Positions 1 to 13,000 of a DNA stretch of 64,000 bases are shown one piece after another (the first letter of the stretch is position 1; each line of letters begins with the position of its first letter). The notes under the pieces are model-generated. The model searched no databases, was not told the origin of the DNA, and saw only the letters and a program-made list of their open reading frames with translations. Source of the stretch: Macrostomum hystrix (taxonomy: Eukaryota > Animalia > Platyhelminthes); NCBI GenBank assembly GCA_950097015.1, contig CATNEN010000039.1, positions 16,926,001-16,990,000 on the forward strand, read 5' to 3'. Position numbers and translations under genes: made by a program.

Positions 1-450
1 AGACATGGTAGAGATGAGACACGGGGAGAGATGAGACACGAGAGAGATAAGACAGGGGAGAGATGAGACACGAGAGAGATAAGACATGGGAGAGATGAGA
101 CACGGGGAAGAAGAGAAACGAGAGAGATAAGACACGGGAGAGATAAGACACGGGAGAGATGAGACACGGGAGAGATGAGACACGGGAGAGAGATAAGACA
201 GGGGAGAGATGAGACACTGGAGAGATGAGGCAGGGTAGAGATGAGACACGGGGAAGAAGAGAAACGAGAGAGATAAGACACGGGAGAGATAAGACACGGG
301 AGAGATGAGACACGGGAGAGATGAGACATGGGAGAGATGAGACACTGGAGAGATGAGGCAGGGTAGAGATGAGACACGGGGAAGAAGAGACACGAGAGAG
401 ATAAGACACGGGGAGAGAAGTGACACGGGAGATTATACTGGGAAAAAAAT
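1..450. repeat. 16-17-bp GA-rich minisatellite (GAGAGATGAGACAC/GGG), inside the last PTDSS2 intron
   Basis: Tandem units visible directly; the same family recurs at 35370-36005, 44450-45540 and 47270-47790. Confidence 0.9.
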
Positions 451-684
451 GGGATAGGGGTAAGATAAGCCTAAACATATGGGGAGGTTGATAGGAAGTT
501 TACCCTCGAACAGTTAATTGAAGCTTACTCTCGAAGGACATTAGCTTAATCTCCAAGTCAGTGTGAATAAATTGCTAATTTAATGGATATATTTGACTTC
601 TTGAGTTCGTTTATATCATTTTATCATTTCTAGGAGTAGTCTTGCTTGCATCTTAACTGAGTACCCATCTAAACAATTGGACAG

Positions 685-958
685 ATCCTGCAAGAAATTC
701 GGTCGCCAGTCCTGGCTACTTACCGCCATTATTGTTACCGAAGCCTTGATAGCCGTTAAATTTGATTGGCCAACCGTTTCCAAGACTCCGCCTGTACACA
801 TCATTATCATCTGGTCCGTCATTCTCATCCTATTGGTTGGCTGGACTCTGTGGCATTTCTGTTTAAAACAGCTCCTGTATTCTGCCACTAGGAAGGCTGA
901 GACTGTTAACGTTAGAGACCAGCCTGCTATGGGTTCGAATCGGCGAAAGGCTGAGTAG
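685..958 (+). CDS. PTDSS2: Phosphatidylserine synthase 2-like, terminal exon (rest of the gene lies upstream of the window)
   Basis: Acceptor acag|A at 684/685. Translation SCKKFGRQSWLLTAIIVTEALIAVKFDWPT...IIIWSVILILLVGWTLWHF resembles the PSS2 C-terminal region as I recall it (KKLGxQAWLVAAITATELLIVVKYD...WTVWRF). Stop TAG at 956-958. Confidence 0.8.
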
Positions 959-1119
959 AGACAGTTTTTTTATTTACCGCTAGATAGTCACGTGACATGA
1001 TAGTCAAGTCATCTGTGGTTTTTGGTTTTGCTGTTGGAATTGACGTCAAGTGGGATCATTTGACCTCCGTGTGGGAAGTGTTGTCAGCTGACCTTTGCGG
1101 ATCGCGTGGTTGTCAGGGT

Positions 1120-1990
1120 CTCTGCTTAGGCTCTCTGGTGACCACTCTGCTTAGATATTGGGGTCAGGTGACCTCTCCACTTAGATATTGGGGTCAGGTG
1201 ACCTCTTTGCTTAGATATTGGGGTCAGGTGACCTCTCTGCTTAGATATTGGGGTCAGGTGACCACCGTGACCTTTCTGCTTAGATATTGGGGTCAGGTGA
1301 CCTCTCTGCTTAGATATTGGGGTCAGGTGACCTCTCTGCTTAGATATTGGGGTCAGGTGACCTCTCTGCTTAGATATTGGGGTCAGGTGACCTCTCTGCT
1401 TAGATATTGGGGTCAGGTGACCACCGTGACCTCTCTGCTTAGATATTGGGGTCGGCGGACCTCTCTGCTTAGATGTTGGGGTCAGGTGACCTCTCTGCTT
1501 AGATATTGGGGTCAGGTGACCTCTCTGCTTAGATATTGGGGTCGGCAGACCTCTCTGCTTAGATATTGAGGTCAGGTGACCTCTCTGCTTAGATATTGGG
1601 GTCAGGTGACCTCTCTGCTTAGATATTGGGGTCGACGGACCTCTCTGTTTAGATATTGGGGTCAGGTGACCTCTCTGCTCAGATATTGGGGTCAGGTGAA
1701 CTCTCGCGTAGAGATTTGAGTCAGAGGACCTCTCTGCTTAGAAATTGGGGTCAGGTGACCTCTCTGCTTAGATATTGGGGTCAGGTGACCTCTCTGCTTA
1801 GATATTGGGGTCAGGTGACCTCTCTGCTTAGATATTGGGGTCAGGTGACCTCTCTGCTTAGATATTGGGGTCAGGTGACCACTCTGCTTAGAAATTAGTT
1901 AGGTGACCTCACTGCTTAGATATTGGGGTCAGCGGACCTATCTGCTTAGAAATAGGGGTCAGGTGATCTCTCTGTTTACGGATTGAGGTC
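1120..1990. repeat. 30-bp minisatellite ACCTCTCTGCTTAGATATTGGGGTCAGGTG
   Basis: Near-identical tandem units; explains ORFs 997..1569 and 1656..1898. Confidence 0.95.
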
Positions 1991-2614
1991 AGTTGACATC
2001 TCAGCCTAACGATTGCTTGAGGTCCCCGATTTGAGAAGAACATCCGTTTTTTTCTGAGGTGGTATTGCAAATCCAGTGTGTATTTGAATTAATCATCGAT
2101 TACTATATTCACCAATAAGCCATTAGTCAGTTTTGTCAAAATATTGTTATCACTGTCATGCATATGTAATGATTTTCTGTTAATTGTTTCTATAGCGGCA
2201 CTAAATCAGGCTTGAAAGTCATTCTGCATTCCTAACAATTGTGCTTTGGTTGAATTTGATAAACATGTTGTTGCTTCAACTCTTAGTAATAACTAATGTT
2301 TCATAACAATCCAATAGTGTATGAGGTTTATTCAGCTTCTTATTTAATTCCCAATTCATATTTTTTAATTACTGCTTTTATGAGTTATACTATGAAAACT
2401 TGCATGAGCATAATATGCTACTTATAGTAGATCTAAAAAGCATGAATTCTTTCAAAAAATCGATTTTTATTTTTTATAATCATATTCTATTCTGAATTAA
2501 TCGATTTTTCATTAGACAAATATAACGATAGAGAAAATGTGTTGTAGATGAACTGACATTATTTCGAAGTCTTGAAGCTGAAACTTTTTGGTAACATTTT
2601 TATACTAGGTATTC

Positions 2615-3515
2615 TGAGCCCATTGAAATTGGTCACTCAAGCCCATTGCAATTAGTCATTCAAGCCCATTGAAATTGGTCATTCAAGCCCATTGTAATTG
2701 GTCATTCAAGCCCATTGCAATTAGTCATTCAAGCCCATTGAAATTGGTCATTCAAGCCCATTGCAATTAGTCATTCAAGCCCATTGAAATTGGTCATTCA
2801 AGCCCATTGCAATTAGTCATTCAAGCCCATTGAAATAGGTCATTCAAGCCCATTGAAATTGGTCATTCAAGCCCATTGAAATTGGTCATTCAAGCCCATT
2901 GCAATTAGTCATTCAAGCCCATTGAAATTGGTCATTCAAGCCCATTGCAATTAGTCATTCAAGCCCATTGAAATAGGTCATTCAAGCCCATTGAAATTGG
3001 TCATTCAAGCCCATTGAAATTGGTCATTCAAGCCCATTGTAATTGGTCATTCAAGCCCATTACAATTGGTCCTTTAAGTCCACTGTAACTGGTCCTTTAA
3101 GTCCACTGTAACTGGTCCTTTAAGTCCACTTAAATTGGTCCTTCAAGTCCACTGTAATTCCTCTTTCAATCCTACTGTAACTGGTCCTTCAAGTCCACTG
3201 TAATTCCTCTTTCAATCCTACTGTAACTGGTCCTTCAAGTCCACTGTAATTCCTCTTTCAATCCTACTGTAACTGGTCCTTCAAGTCCACTGTAATTCCT
3301 CTTTCAATCCTACTGTAACTGGTCCTTCAAGTCCACTGTAATTCCTCTTTCAATCCTACTGTAACTGGTCCTTCAAGTCCACTGTAATTCCTCTTTCAAT
3401 CCTACTGTAACTGGTCCTTCAAGTCCACTGTAATTCCTCTTTCAATCCTACTGTAACTGGTCCTTCAAGTCCACTGTAATTCCTCTTTCAATCCTACTGT
3501 AATTGGTCCCTCAAG
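2615..3515. repeat. 23-bp minisatellite (CAAGCCCATTGAAATTGGTCATT) grading into a 46-bp dimeric variant
   Basis: 23-mers at about 2615-3065, then alternating GTCCTTCAAGTCCACTGTAATTCCTCTTTCAATCCTACTGTAACTG units. Confidence 0.95.
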
Positions 3516-3610
3516 CTCACTTTTGGAAATAGGAAAAATACCATGGTTTTAATTAAAAAGTTATCTATCAGCATCTAAACTTTCAGTCTCAAATTTGAGA
3601 ACATTACTCG

Positions 3611-6480
3611 ATGATGTCCCCACGGAGACAGAAACCTCATCAACGATCTTTTAAAAAACAAGCGCAAGACGACGGCGATAATTTTTCGTCGCTAGATCTT
3701 CAACTAGCAGTTTTAAATTGGCTTCGTCGTTTTTCTGCCTCCGTCGCCGGGGTCGCAGCTTCCGATTTCGTCGGCACAGACGCCGCATTGTCTGACGCAT
3801 CTAAAACTCTCGGCTGTTTTCTAGTGAACTTTGACACCGATTCGACCGATGCCATTGTTGCTAAGGACGCCGAGGAGGCGTTGTTAAGCGTTCGAAGTGC
3901 ACTAGAATGTCAGTTTGGATCGGTGATGATTTCTGAATGCATCGATTGGACCTGCATCGCTGACACCTTGACAGGTTTCAAGGTGCGTGCTTTGTCTGAA
4001 TCTCCTACAAAGGAATAAGAAAATTGTACAAGATGGACGATAATTTCAATGCTTGTACAAGATTGATTAAGATACATCCAATTCCTGACTGCAAAGTTGA
4101 AATAAATCTAAATAATTTACAAGGTGGATGAATTCAAAGACTGTAGAAGCTTAAGGAATCCATAGAATGTACAAGACAGAGGAATCCAGAGACTACAAGA
4201 CAGAGGAATCCAAAAATGTACAATACAGGAATCCAGAGACTGTACAAGACAGGAATCCAGAGAATGTGTACAAGACGGAGTAATCCAGAGACTGTATAAG
4301 ACAGAGTAATCCAGAAACTGTACAAGACAGAGGAATCCAGAGACTGTACAAGACAGAGGAATCCAGAGACTGTACAAGACAGGAATCCAAAAAATGTACA
4401 ATACAGGAATCCAGAGACTGTACAAGACAGGAATCCAGAGAATGTGTACAAGACAGAGTAATCCAGAGACTGTATAAGAGAGAGTAATCGAGAAACTGTA
4501 CAAGACAGAGGAATCCAGAGACTGTTCAAGACAGAGGAATCCAAAGACTGTACAAGACAGAGGAATCCAGAGACTGTACAAGACAGAGGAATCCAGAGAC
4601 TGTACAAGACAGAGGAATCCAGAGACTGTACAAGACAGAGGAATCCAAAGAATGTACAATACAGGAACCCAGAGAATGTACAAGACAGGAATCCAGAGAA
4701 TGTGTGCAAGACGGAGTAATCCAGAAACTGTACAAGACGGAGGAATCCAGAGACTGTACAAGACAGAGGAATCCAGAGACTGTACTAGACAAAAAGTATC
4801 TGAAGACTGATCAAGACAAAATCCAAAGACTGCACAAGACAGAAAGTCCAGAGACTGTACAATATTGCGGGATCTGTTCTTGTTACCTAGCTATTGAAAT
4901 TTAAACACTAAATGTACTCGTAATAATTTTTTGTCTTTGTAGAAAAAAGACTCTGATCTTTGGCAAAAGCAACAGCGGCAGCAGCAGCAGCTGACTCGAG
5001 CCAGACTTTTGACCCTGGCCGCAGCATTTCACAGGCCTCAGCTGCGTCCATTTGTGCTCGCCTCGGCCACGGCTACGTCGACAACAACGAAAACCACGAC
5101 AGAGACGGAGCTGAAGCTGCTTGCCGCGGCGGCCAGATGGCTATTCAACGGATCAAGTCCTCAGCTGACCCGACTGGCTTCAGATTTCAACGGCTGTGAC
5201 GATGACATTGTTGATGCCTACGACGATAACGAGACAAATTGCCGACAATGTCGATTATTGTCAACGGAAGCGGCCGAATTGCGAGCGGAAGCTCTCGAGC
5301 GCGAGCTTCGATTTCATCGCCGATTTGAAGCTTTCGCCGGCGAATTAAGTCGACTTGAGTCCATTAATCGGCGACTGCTCACGGATCCTAGACTCATGCT
5401 CTTGCCTGACTGCGGCTTGGCCAGGTTGCAGGAGGAGATCAAGGTGAGGCTTGTTGGCTAGGCCGGGCCTACTATTGTAATTAGTAGTTAGGGCGGAATA
5501 TTTTCTGAGAGAGCTTGGCTTTTAGGTGAGATCGTATTCTTAGTGGGATGATTTGTATTGTATTTTGTAATTGAGATTTCTGTGTGAGATAAGGATCAAG
5601 TGTATTAGACAAATAGGATCGCAGGTATTGGACTAGTGGGATCAGATTAGACGAGTAGTAACATAGGTAATAGGAAAGGTGAGATCACAGGTATTAGAAA
5701 GTTGGGATCAAAGGTATAAGACAAGTGGGAGCACAGGTATTGGACGGATCGCAGGTATTATACAAGTGGGAGCACAGGTATTGGACGGATCACAGGTATT
5801 ATACAAGTGGGAGCACAGGTATTGGACAGGTGGGTTCATAGTTATTAGACATTTTGATCACGTGTATTAACAAGGTGTGATCAAAGTTTTTAGACAGGGG
5901 GATCGGAATTAATAACAAAAGCCTAAATTTTTATCATCCCATCCTCACATCTTCTCTCCCTCAGTCGTTGCGCCGCGGCGCCGCCTGTCGCGCCTTCGCC
6001 AGCGAGCGCGATCGTCTCTGCCAGCTGCTGCTCGCTGCCGAGCGCCGCTCCAGCCAACTAATCAGCCAACTCGACCAGCTGACTAGCGCGCATGACAGCT
6101 GTCTGAGGCGTCTGCGCAGGGTTCGAGCGGATCGCGATCTGGCCGCTCATAGAGCCGACAGATTAGCTGACCGCTGCCGCAGAATCCTGCAGCAACAGCA
6201 GCAGCAGCAGTCCGCCTACGGCTACGGTTGCTGTTGTCGCACTGCAGTGCCTCAAATTTCGTCAGTTCCATTGCCGCCACTTCCGCCACCGCCGCCGCCA
6301 CCGCATCAGCAGCTTCAATTATCGGCATCGGCTTCATCGTCAACTAATTCTCTGCACTGCTTCGAAGCTGTCCCAGTTCGAGAAGTTGTTCGCGTCGGTT
6401 CTAGCGGCACTGGCGGCGGCTGGCAGCATCATTTTCGACATCTCCTACCCGGCCGGTTGTCGGGCAAACGGAAAGCTTGA
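3611..6480 (+). CDS. Three-exon gene, about 462 aa, uncharacterised protein with probable coiled-coil segments and a Pro/Gln-rich tail
   Basis: Exons 3611-3982, 4943-5443, 5965-6480. Both introns are GT-AG and phase 0 (gtgcgt..ttgtag; gtgagg..cctcag) and the joined frame is open. Exons are GC-rich; AATAAA at 6721. No family recognised. Confidence 0.7.
4135..4860. repeat. Intronic minisatellite of about 27 bp (ACAAGACAGAGGAATCCAGAGACTGT)
   Basis: Tandem units inside intron 1 of the 3611 gene. Confidence 0.9.
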
Positions 6481-6984
6481 CAATGTCCACTTCTTTTCAG
6501 TCTTTGTGGTTCTTTGGCATCATTTGTTTGATTTTAATGTTTCAGATTAGATGACGAGGCATTTGCACCTCAACTTCATGCGTGCTCCAATTTTAGCTTT
6601 TTGATGATCGCAAAAGTTTTATGCATTTTTTGCTTTTTAAATTTCCAATTGCTTTTTTCCACTGCAGCCATTCCGCAGTTGCGTGAATTTTTATCTTTCA
6701 TTTTTACAGTTTTCAAGGGCAATAAAAATTCCTAATTATTTTCTTTGTGTGTGTCTTATCCATTAGTGTTTTTATATGAAAAAATCGTCCGTTTGTCAAA
6801 TGAAAATAAAGGATCTCTTTTATAAGAAATGAAAATTGTCATTTTTGCTACAATTTTCACAGCCTGTGAATTTGTTTAGGCTGCAATTTTTATGGTCGGT
6901 CGTCAATTATCGAAAGCAGAAAAACTGTTGCTGGCTTCTATGGCCTTTGATAGTTCGTTAGTTTCTAACAGGTTTCTAAAAAGG

Positions 6985-8120
6985 AGTGTCCAACAGATGG
7001 ATGAACTGTCTAACAGGTGAATAAACTGTCTAACAGATGAATTAACTGTCTAACAGGTGAATTAACTGTCTAACAGGTGGATAAACTGTCTAAAAGGTGG
7101 ATAAACTCTCAAACAGGTGAATTAACTGTTTAACAGGTAAATTTACTGTCTAACAGGTGAATTAACTGTCTAACAGGTGGATAACCTGTCTAACAGGTGG
7201 ATAAACTCTCTAACAGGTGAATTAACTGTCGAACAGGTAAATTAACTGTCTAACAGGTGAATTAACTGTCTAACAGGTAGATAAACTCTCTAACAGGTGA
7301 ATTAACTGTCTAACAGGTGAATTAACTGTCTAACAGGTGAATTAACTGTCTAACAGGTGGATAAACTGTCTAACAGATGTATTAACTGTCTAACAGGTGA
7401 ATTAACTGTCTAACAGGTGGATAAACTGTCTAAAAGGTGGATAAACTCTCTAACAGGTGAATTAACTGTCTAACAGGTGGATAAACTGTCTAACAGGTGA
7501 ATTAACTGTCTAACAGGTGGATAAACTGTCTAAAAGGTGGATTAACTGTCTAACAGGTGGGATAAACTGTCTAAAAGGTGGATAAACTGTCTAACAGGTG
7601 GATAAACTGTCTAACAGGTAGATAAACTGTCTAACAGGTGGATAAACTCTCTAACAGGTGAATTAACTGTCTAACAGGTGAATTAACTGTCGAACAGGCG
7701 AATTAACTGTCTAACAGGTGGGATAAACTGTCTAGAAGGTGGATAAACTGTCTAACAGGTGGATAAACTGTCTAACAGGTGCATAAACTCTCTAACAGGT
7801 GTATAAACTCTCTAACAGGTGGATAAACTGTCTAACAGGTGGATAAACTCTCTAACAGGTGTATAAACTGTCTAACAGGTGGATAAACTGTCTAACAGGT
7901 GCATAAACTCTCTAACAGGTGTATAAACTCTCTAACAGGTCGATAAACTGTCTAACAGGTGGATAAACTCTCTAACAGGTGTATAAACTGTCTAACAGGT
8001 GGATAAACTGTCTAACAGGTGGATAAACTTTCTAAAAGGTGTATAAACTGTCTAAAAGGTGGATAAACTCTCTAACAGGTGGATAAACTCTCTAACAGGT
8101 GAATTAACTGTCGAACAGGT
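6985..8120. repeat. 20-bp minisatellite AACTGTCTAACAGGTGGATA
   Basis: Long run of tandem units with a TGTCTAACAG core. Confidence 0.95.
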
Positions 8121-8529
8121 GCATTGGTGGCCTGTTTAATTGGTGAATATAGAGAACAGCCTTTTGAGCAGCGGGTTAAAAAGAGCTGTGTTTTTTATTG
8201 CTATTATCGTTTACATTATTGAATTAAATGTTTGCTTCATGTGTGTTTTATTTGGTTTAATTAAATTAGCAAAGCTGGTTGACTAAAAGGCTTCAATGAA
8301 TTTTGCCGCCTGACACGGCTCCCTCATCTAACAGTCACTATAATCGGAGCAAATCAAAAAGGTTTAGCCACAGCCAAATATGGCAGTTCAAACTTCATAA
8401 AATGAGAAAATAGTTTTTTTCAGCTTATCTCACCCCAGTTGACCGCTTGGGGTAAGGTTAAAATATTATTTGGAACTCCGCTAGTTACGAATTATGGTTA
8501 TTGTTCTCAACTCAGTTCCATCTGCTGCA

Positions 8530-9340
8530 TCTCTCATCTCCCTCTCCCTCCTTCCCCCACTCCTCTACTTCCTCATCTCCCTCTCTCTCCTTCCCCCACT
8601 CCCTCTCCTTCCCCATCTCCCTCTCCTTCTCCATCTCCCTCTCCTTCCCCCTCTCCCTCTCCTTCCCCCTCTCCCTCTCCTTCCCCCTCTCCCTCTCCTT
8701 CCCCCTCTCCCTCTCCTTCCCCTCTCCCTCTCCTTCCCCCTCTCCCTCTCCTTCCCCTCTCCCTCTCCTTCCCCCTCAATCCCTCTCCTTCCCCCTCTCC
8801 CTCTCCTTCCCCATCTCCCTCTCCTTCCCCCTCTCCCTCTGCTTCCCCCTCTCCCCCTCCTTCCCCATCTCCCTCTCCTTCTCCATCTCCCTCTCCTTCC
8901 CCCTCTCCCTCTCCTTCCCCTCTCCCTCTGCTTCCCCCTCTCCCTCTCCTTCCCCATCTCCCTCTCCTTCCCCATCTCCCTCTCCTTCTCCATCTCCCTC
9001 TCCTTCCCCCTCTTCCTCTCCTTCCCCCTCTTCCTCTCCTTCCCCCTCTCCCTCTCCTCCCCCCTCTCCCTCTCCTTCCCCTCTCCCTCTCCTTCCCCTC
9101 TCCCTCTCCTTTCCCCTCTATCCCTCTCCTTCCCCATCTCCATCTCCTTCCCCCTCTCCCTCTCCTTCCCCCTCTCCCTCTCCTTCCCCCTCTCCCTCTC
9201 CTTCTCCCTCTCCCTCTCCTTCCCCCTCTATCCCTCTCCTTCCCCATCTCCCTCTCCTTCCCCATCTCCCTCTCCTTCCCCATCTCCCTCTCCTTCCCCA
9301 TCTCTCTCTCCTTCTCCATCTCCCTCTCCTTCCCCCTGTA
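8530..9340. repeat. Polypyrimidine 18-bp repeat (CTCCCTCTCCTTCCCCCT)
   Basis: Almost pure C/T on the + strand; source of spurious SP/LP-rich ORFs. Confidence 0.95.
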
Positions 9341-10051
9341 TCTCATTTTCCGTCTGCTAATCACCTTAACTCTCTTACTCAACTTCTCCCTTTACCTACC
9401 TCCCTCAGCCAACGTCACTCTACCCTCCTCTCGCTCTTCCCTTTTCCCATTTGTACTATAACAGTTGTTAATAGTGCACTTTCTACTTCATGGCACTCTA
9501 TTCCTTCTGTTTATACTCGTACAGTTTTGCTTCCGTTTTAGCGGCATCCATGGCTGATTATTTCGCTGTTAATTCCACTGCCCTTCTCTTACCCAATGAG
9601 CTCACTTTTTAGACTCAAATTATCCACGCACATACGCACTCAACCGCAATGAATGCAAAGTCACTACTAAGAGCTACGCTGCTTAGAGTCCCTTACCTTC
9701 ATCATCATTTTCTGGACCTCTTTTCTCAGCCACCGCCTCACCCTAATTCTGTGTTTTAATTGTGCATCAATGAGCAGTGCTGAGCAGTATAGGTAGTTAC
9801 TAGTCACACAACACTTCTCTGAATCTATATGCTTTAATTTATACCAATCAATATGCATATCCACATATATATGTGTATTAGCTATAGACTGTAGACTGAA
9901 TCTCATTGGTTGGTTGATTGAATTGTTCATAATTGGCGGTCATTGTGGTAGGGCGGCAACGCCCTGGAACTATATAGCGGTGTGCTCATGTATTTTTGCA
10001 AGTAATTCAGGTAATTATTTTTCTGGATTCCTTTTTCCCCTATTGGCCCTG

Positions 10052-13000
10052 ATGCCGCAGACAAAAGCAACATCCACTGTCTATGTGCTGCTGTTGATGG
10101 CTGTCACACCCAATGGTGCTCTGGCTGCTGTGGGGGATACGTTCTACTTTCGTGAGTTCTGCTGGACATTGTGGTGTTGGGGGCTTGGGAGACTGGGAGA
10201 TGGAGATAATGGGAGATTGAGATAATGGGAGATTGAGATAATGGGAGATTGAGATAATGGGAGATTAAGATTATGGGAGTATGAGATTATGGGAGATTGA
10301 GATTATGGGAGATTAAGATTATGGGAGTATGAGATTATGGGAGATTGAGATTATGGGAGAATGAAATAATTGGAGATTGAAATAATTGGAGATAAAGAGA
10401 CTGAGGGGTGGTAAGAATAGGATATTGAGATAATGGGAGATTGGGATAATGGGAGATTGAGACATTGGGAGTTTTGAGATTATGGGATAATAAGATAATG
10501 GGAGATTGAGATAATGGGAGATTGAGATAATGGGAGATTGAGATAATGGGAGATAGATATATTGGGAGTTTTGAGATAATGGGAGATTCAGATAATGGGA
10601 GATTGAGATAATGGATTGCGAGCCTTGGTCGGCTTTATTTGATTGAGCTGAGTACAGATAATCTATGGGAAAAAGTGAAGGCTAGTATTGCTTAGTGGAA
10701 TAAGTTGGGTTGTTTATGGAAATAAAAGAAAGTTAGAGTCGTAACTAAGTCTCAAATAAAAGTTCATTTGAGACGCTACAAAATAATGGGAGATTAAGAC
10801 AATGAGAGATTAGGATAATGGGAGATTGGGATAATGAGATATTGAGATATTGGGAGATTGAGATTATGGGAGATTGGGATAATGGGAGATTGAGATATTG
10901 GGAGATTGAGATTATGGGAGATTGAGATTATGGGAGATTGAGATTATGGGAGTATGAGATTATGGGAGATTGAGATTATGGGAGAATGAAATAATGAGAG
11001 ATTTAGATAATGGGAGATTGAGATAATGGGAGATTGAGATAATGGGAGATTGAGATAATTGGAGATAAAGAGACTGAGAGGTAGTAAGAATAGGATATTG
11101 GGATAATGGGAGATTGGGATAATGGGCGATTGAGATTATGGGATATTGAGATAATGAGAGATTGGGATAATGAGAGATTGAGATATTGGGAATTTTGAGA
11201 TTTTGGGATAATGAGATGATGGGAGATTGGGATAATGGGAGATCGGGCTAATTGGATATTGAGATAATCGGAGATTAAGAGAATTTATGTGATAAATTGA
11301 GAGACTGGGAAACATTTAAAGGAATTTGAAAGTTGACTAAGAAAAAATCTAAAAGTCGCCTAAATCCCAATCCTTCCCAATTACTCGCAACACAGTCGGT
11401 GTGTACGAAGCAGCCACCAGAGATATAATGTTCGCCGCTCAAAAAGCGATCGCCGATTTAAACTCCGGAAAGTTGAGCATACTTCCAGCTGCGAGCTTCA
11501 TCAATTTGACTTTAATGGAAACTGGATCCGAGTCGCTTTTTCAAACCGGTGAGATAAGATGAGACCAGACACATTAGACACAGTTTAGAGACAGACACAG
11601 TTTAGAGACAGACACAGTAGAGACAGCCACAGTAGACACAGTAGAGACAGACACAGCAGAGACAGACACAGTAGAGACAGACACAGTAGAGACAGACACA
11701 GCAGAGACAGACACAGTAGAGACAGACACAGTAGAGACAGACACAGCAGAGACAGACACAGTAGAGACAGACACAGCAGAGACAGACACAGTAGAGACAG
11801 ACACAGTTTAGAGACAGACACAGCAGAGACAGACACAGTTTAGAGACAGACACAGTAGAGACAGACACATTAGAGACAGACACAGTATAGAGACAGACAC
11901 AGTAGAGACAGACACAGTTTAGAGACAGACACAGTATAGACAGACACAGTAGAGACAGACACATTAGAGACAGACACAGTTTAGAGACAGACACAGTAGA
12001 GACAGACACAGCAGAGACAGACACATTAGAGACAGACACAGCAGAGACAGACACAGTTTAGAGACAGACACAGTTTAGAGACAGACACAGCAGAGACAGA
12101 CACAGCAGAGACAGACACAGTTTAGAGACAGACACAGTTTAGAGACAGACACAGCAGAGACAGACACAGTAGAGACAGACACAGTAGAGACAGACACAGT
12201 AGAGACAGACACAGTTTAGAGACAGACACAGCAGAGACAGACACAGCAGAGACAGACACATTAGAGACAGACACAGCAGAGACAGACACATTAGAGACAG
12301 ACACAGCAGAGAGAGACACAGCAGAGACAGACACAGCAGAGACAGACACAGTAGAGACAGAGACAGTTTAGAGACAGACACATTAGAGACAGACACAGCA
12401 GAGACAGACACAGTTTAGAGACAGACACAGCAGAGTCAGACACAGCAGAGACAGACACAGTAGAGACAGACACAGCAGAGACAGACACAGTAGAGACAGA
12501 CACAGCAGAGACAGACACAGTAGAGACAGACACAGCAGAGACAGACACAGCAGAGACAGACACAGTAGAGACAGACACAGTTTAGAGACAGACACATTAG
12601 AGACAGCCACAGTAGAGATAGACACAGTAGAGACAGACACAGCAGAGACAGACACAGTAGAGACAGACACAGTTTAGAGACAGACACAGCAGAGACAGAC
12701 ACAGTAGAGACAGACACAGTAGAGACAGACACAGCAGAGACAGACACAGCAGAGACAGACACAGCAGAGACAGACACAGTAGAGACAGACACAGTTTAGA
12801 GACAGACACAGTAGAGACAGACACAGTTTAGAGACAGACACAGCAGAGACAGACACAGTAGAGACAGACACAGCAGAGACAGACACAGTAGAGACAGACA
12901 CAGCAGAGACAGACACAGTAGAGACAGCCACAGTAGAGATAGACACAGTAGAGACAGACACAGTTTAGAGACAGACACATTAGAGACAGCCACAGTAGAC

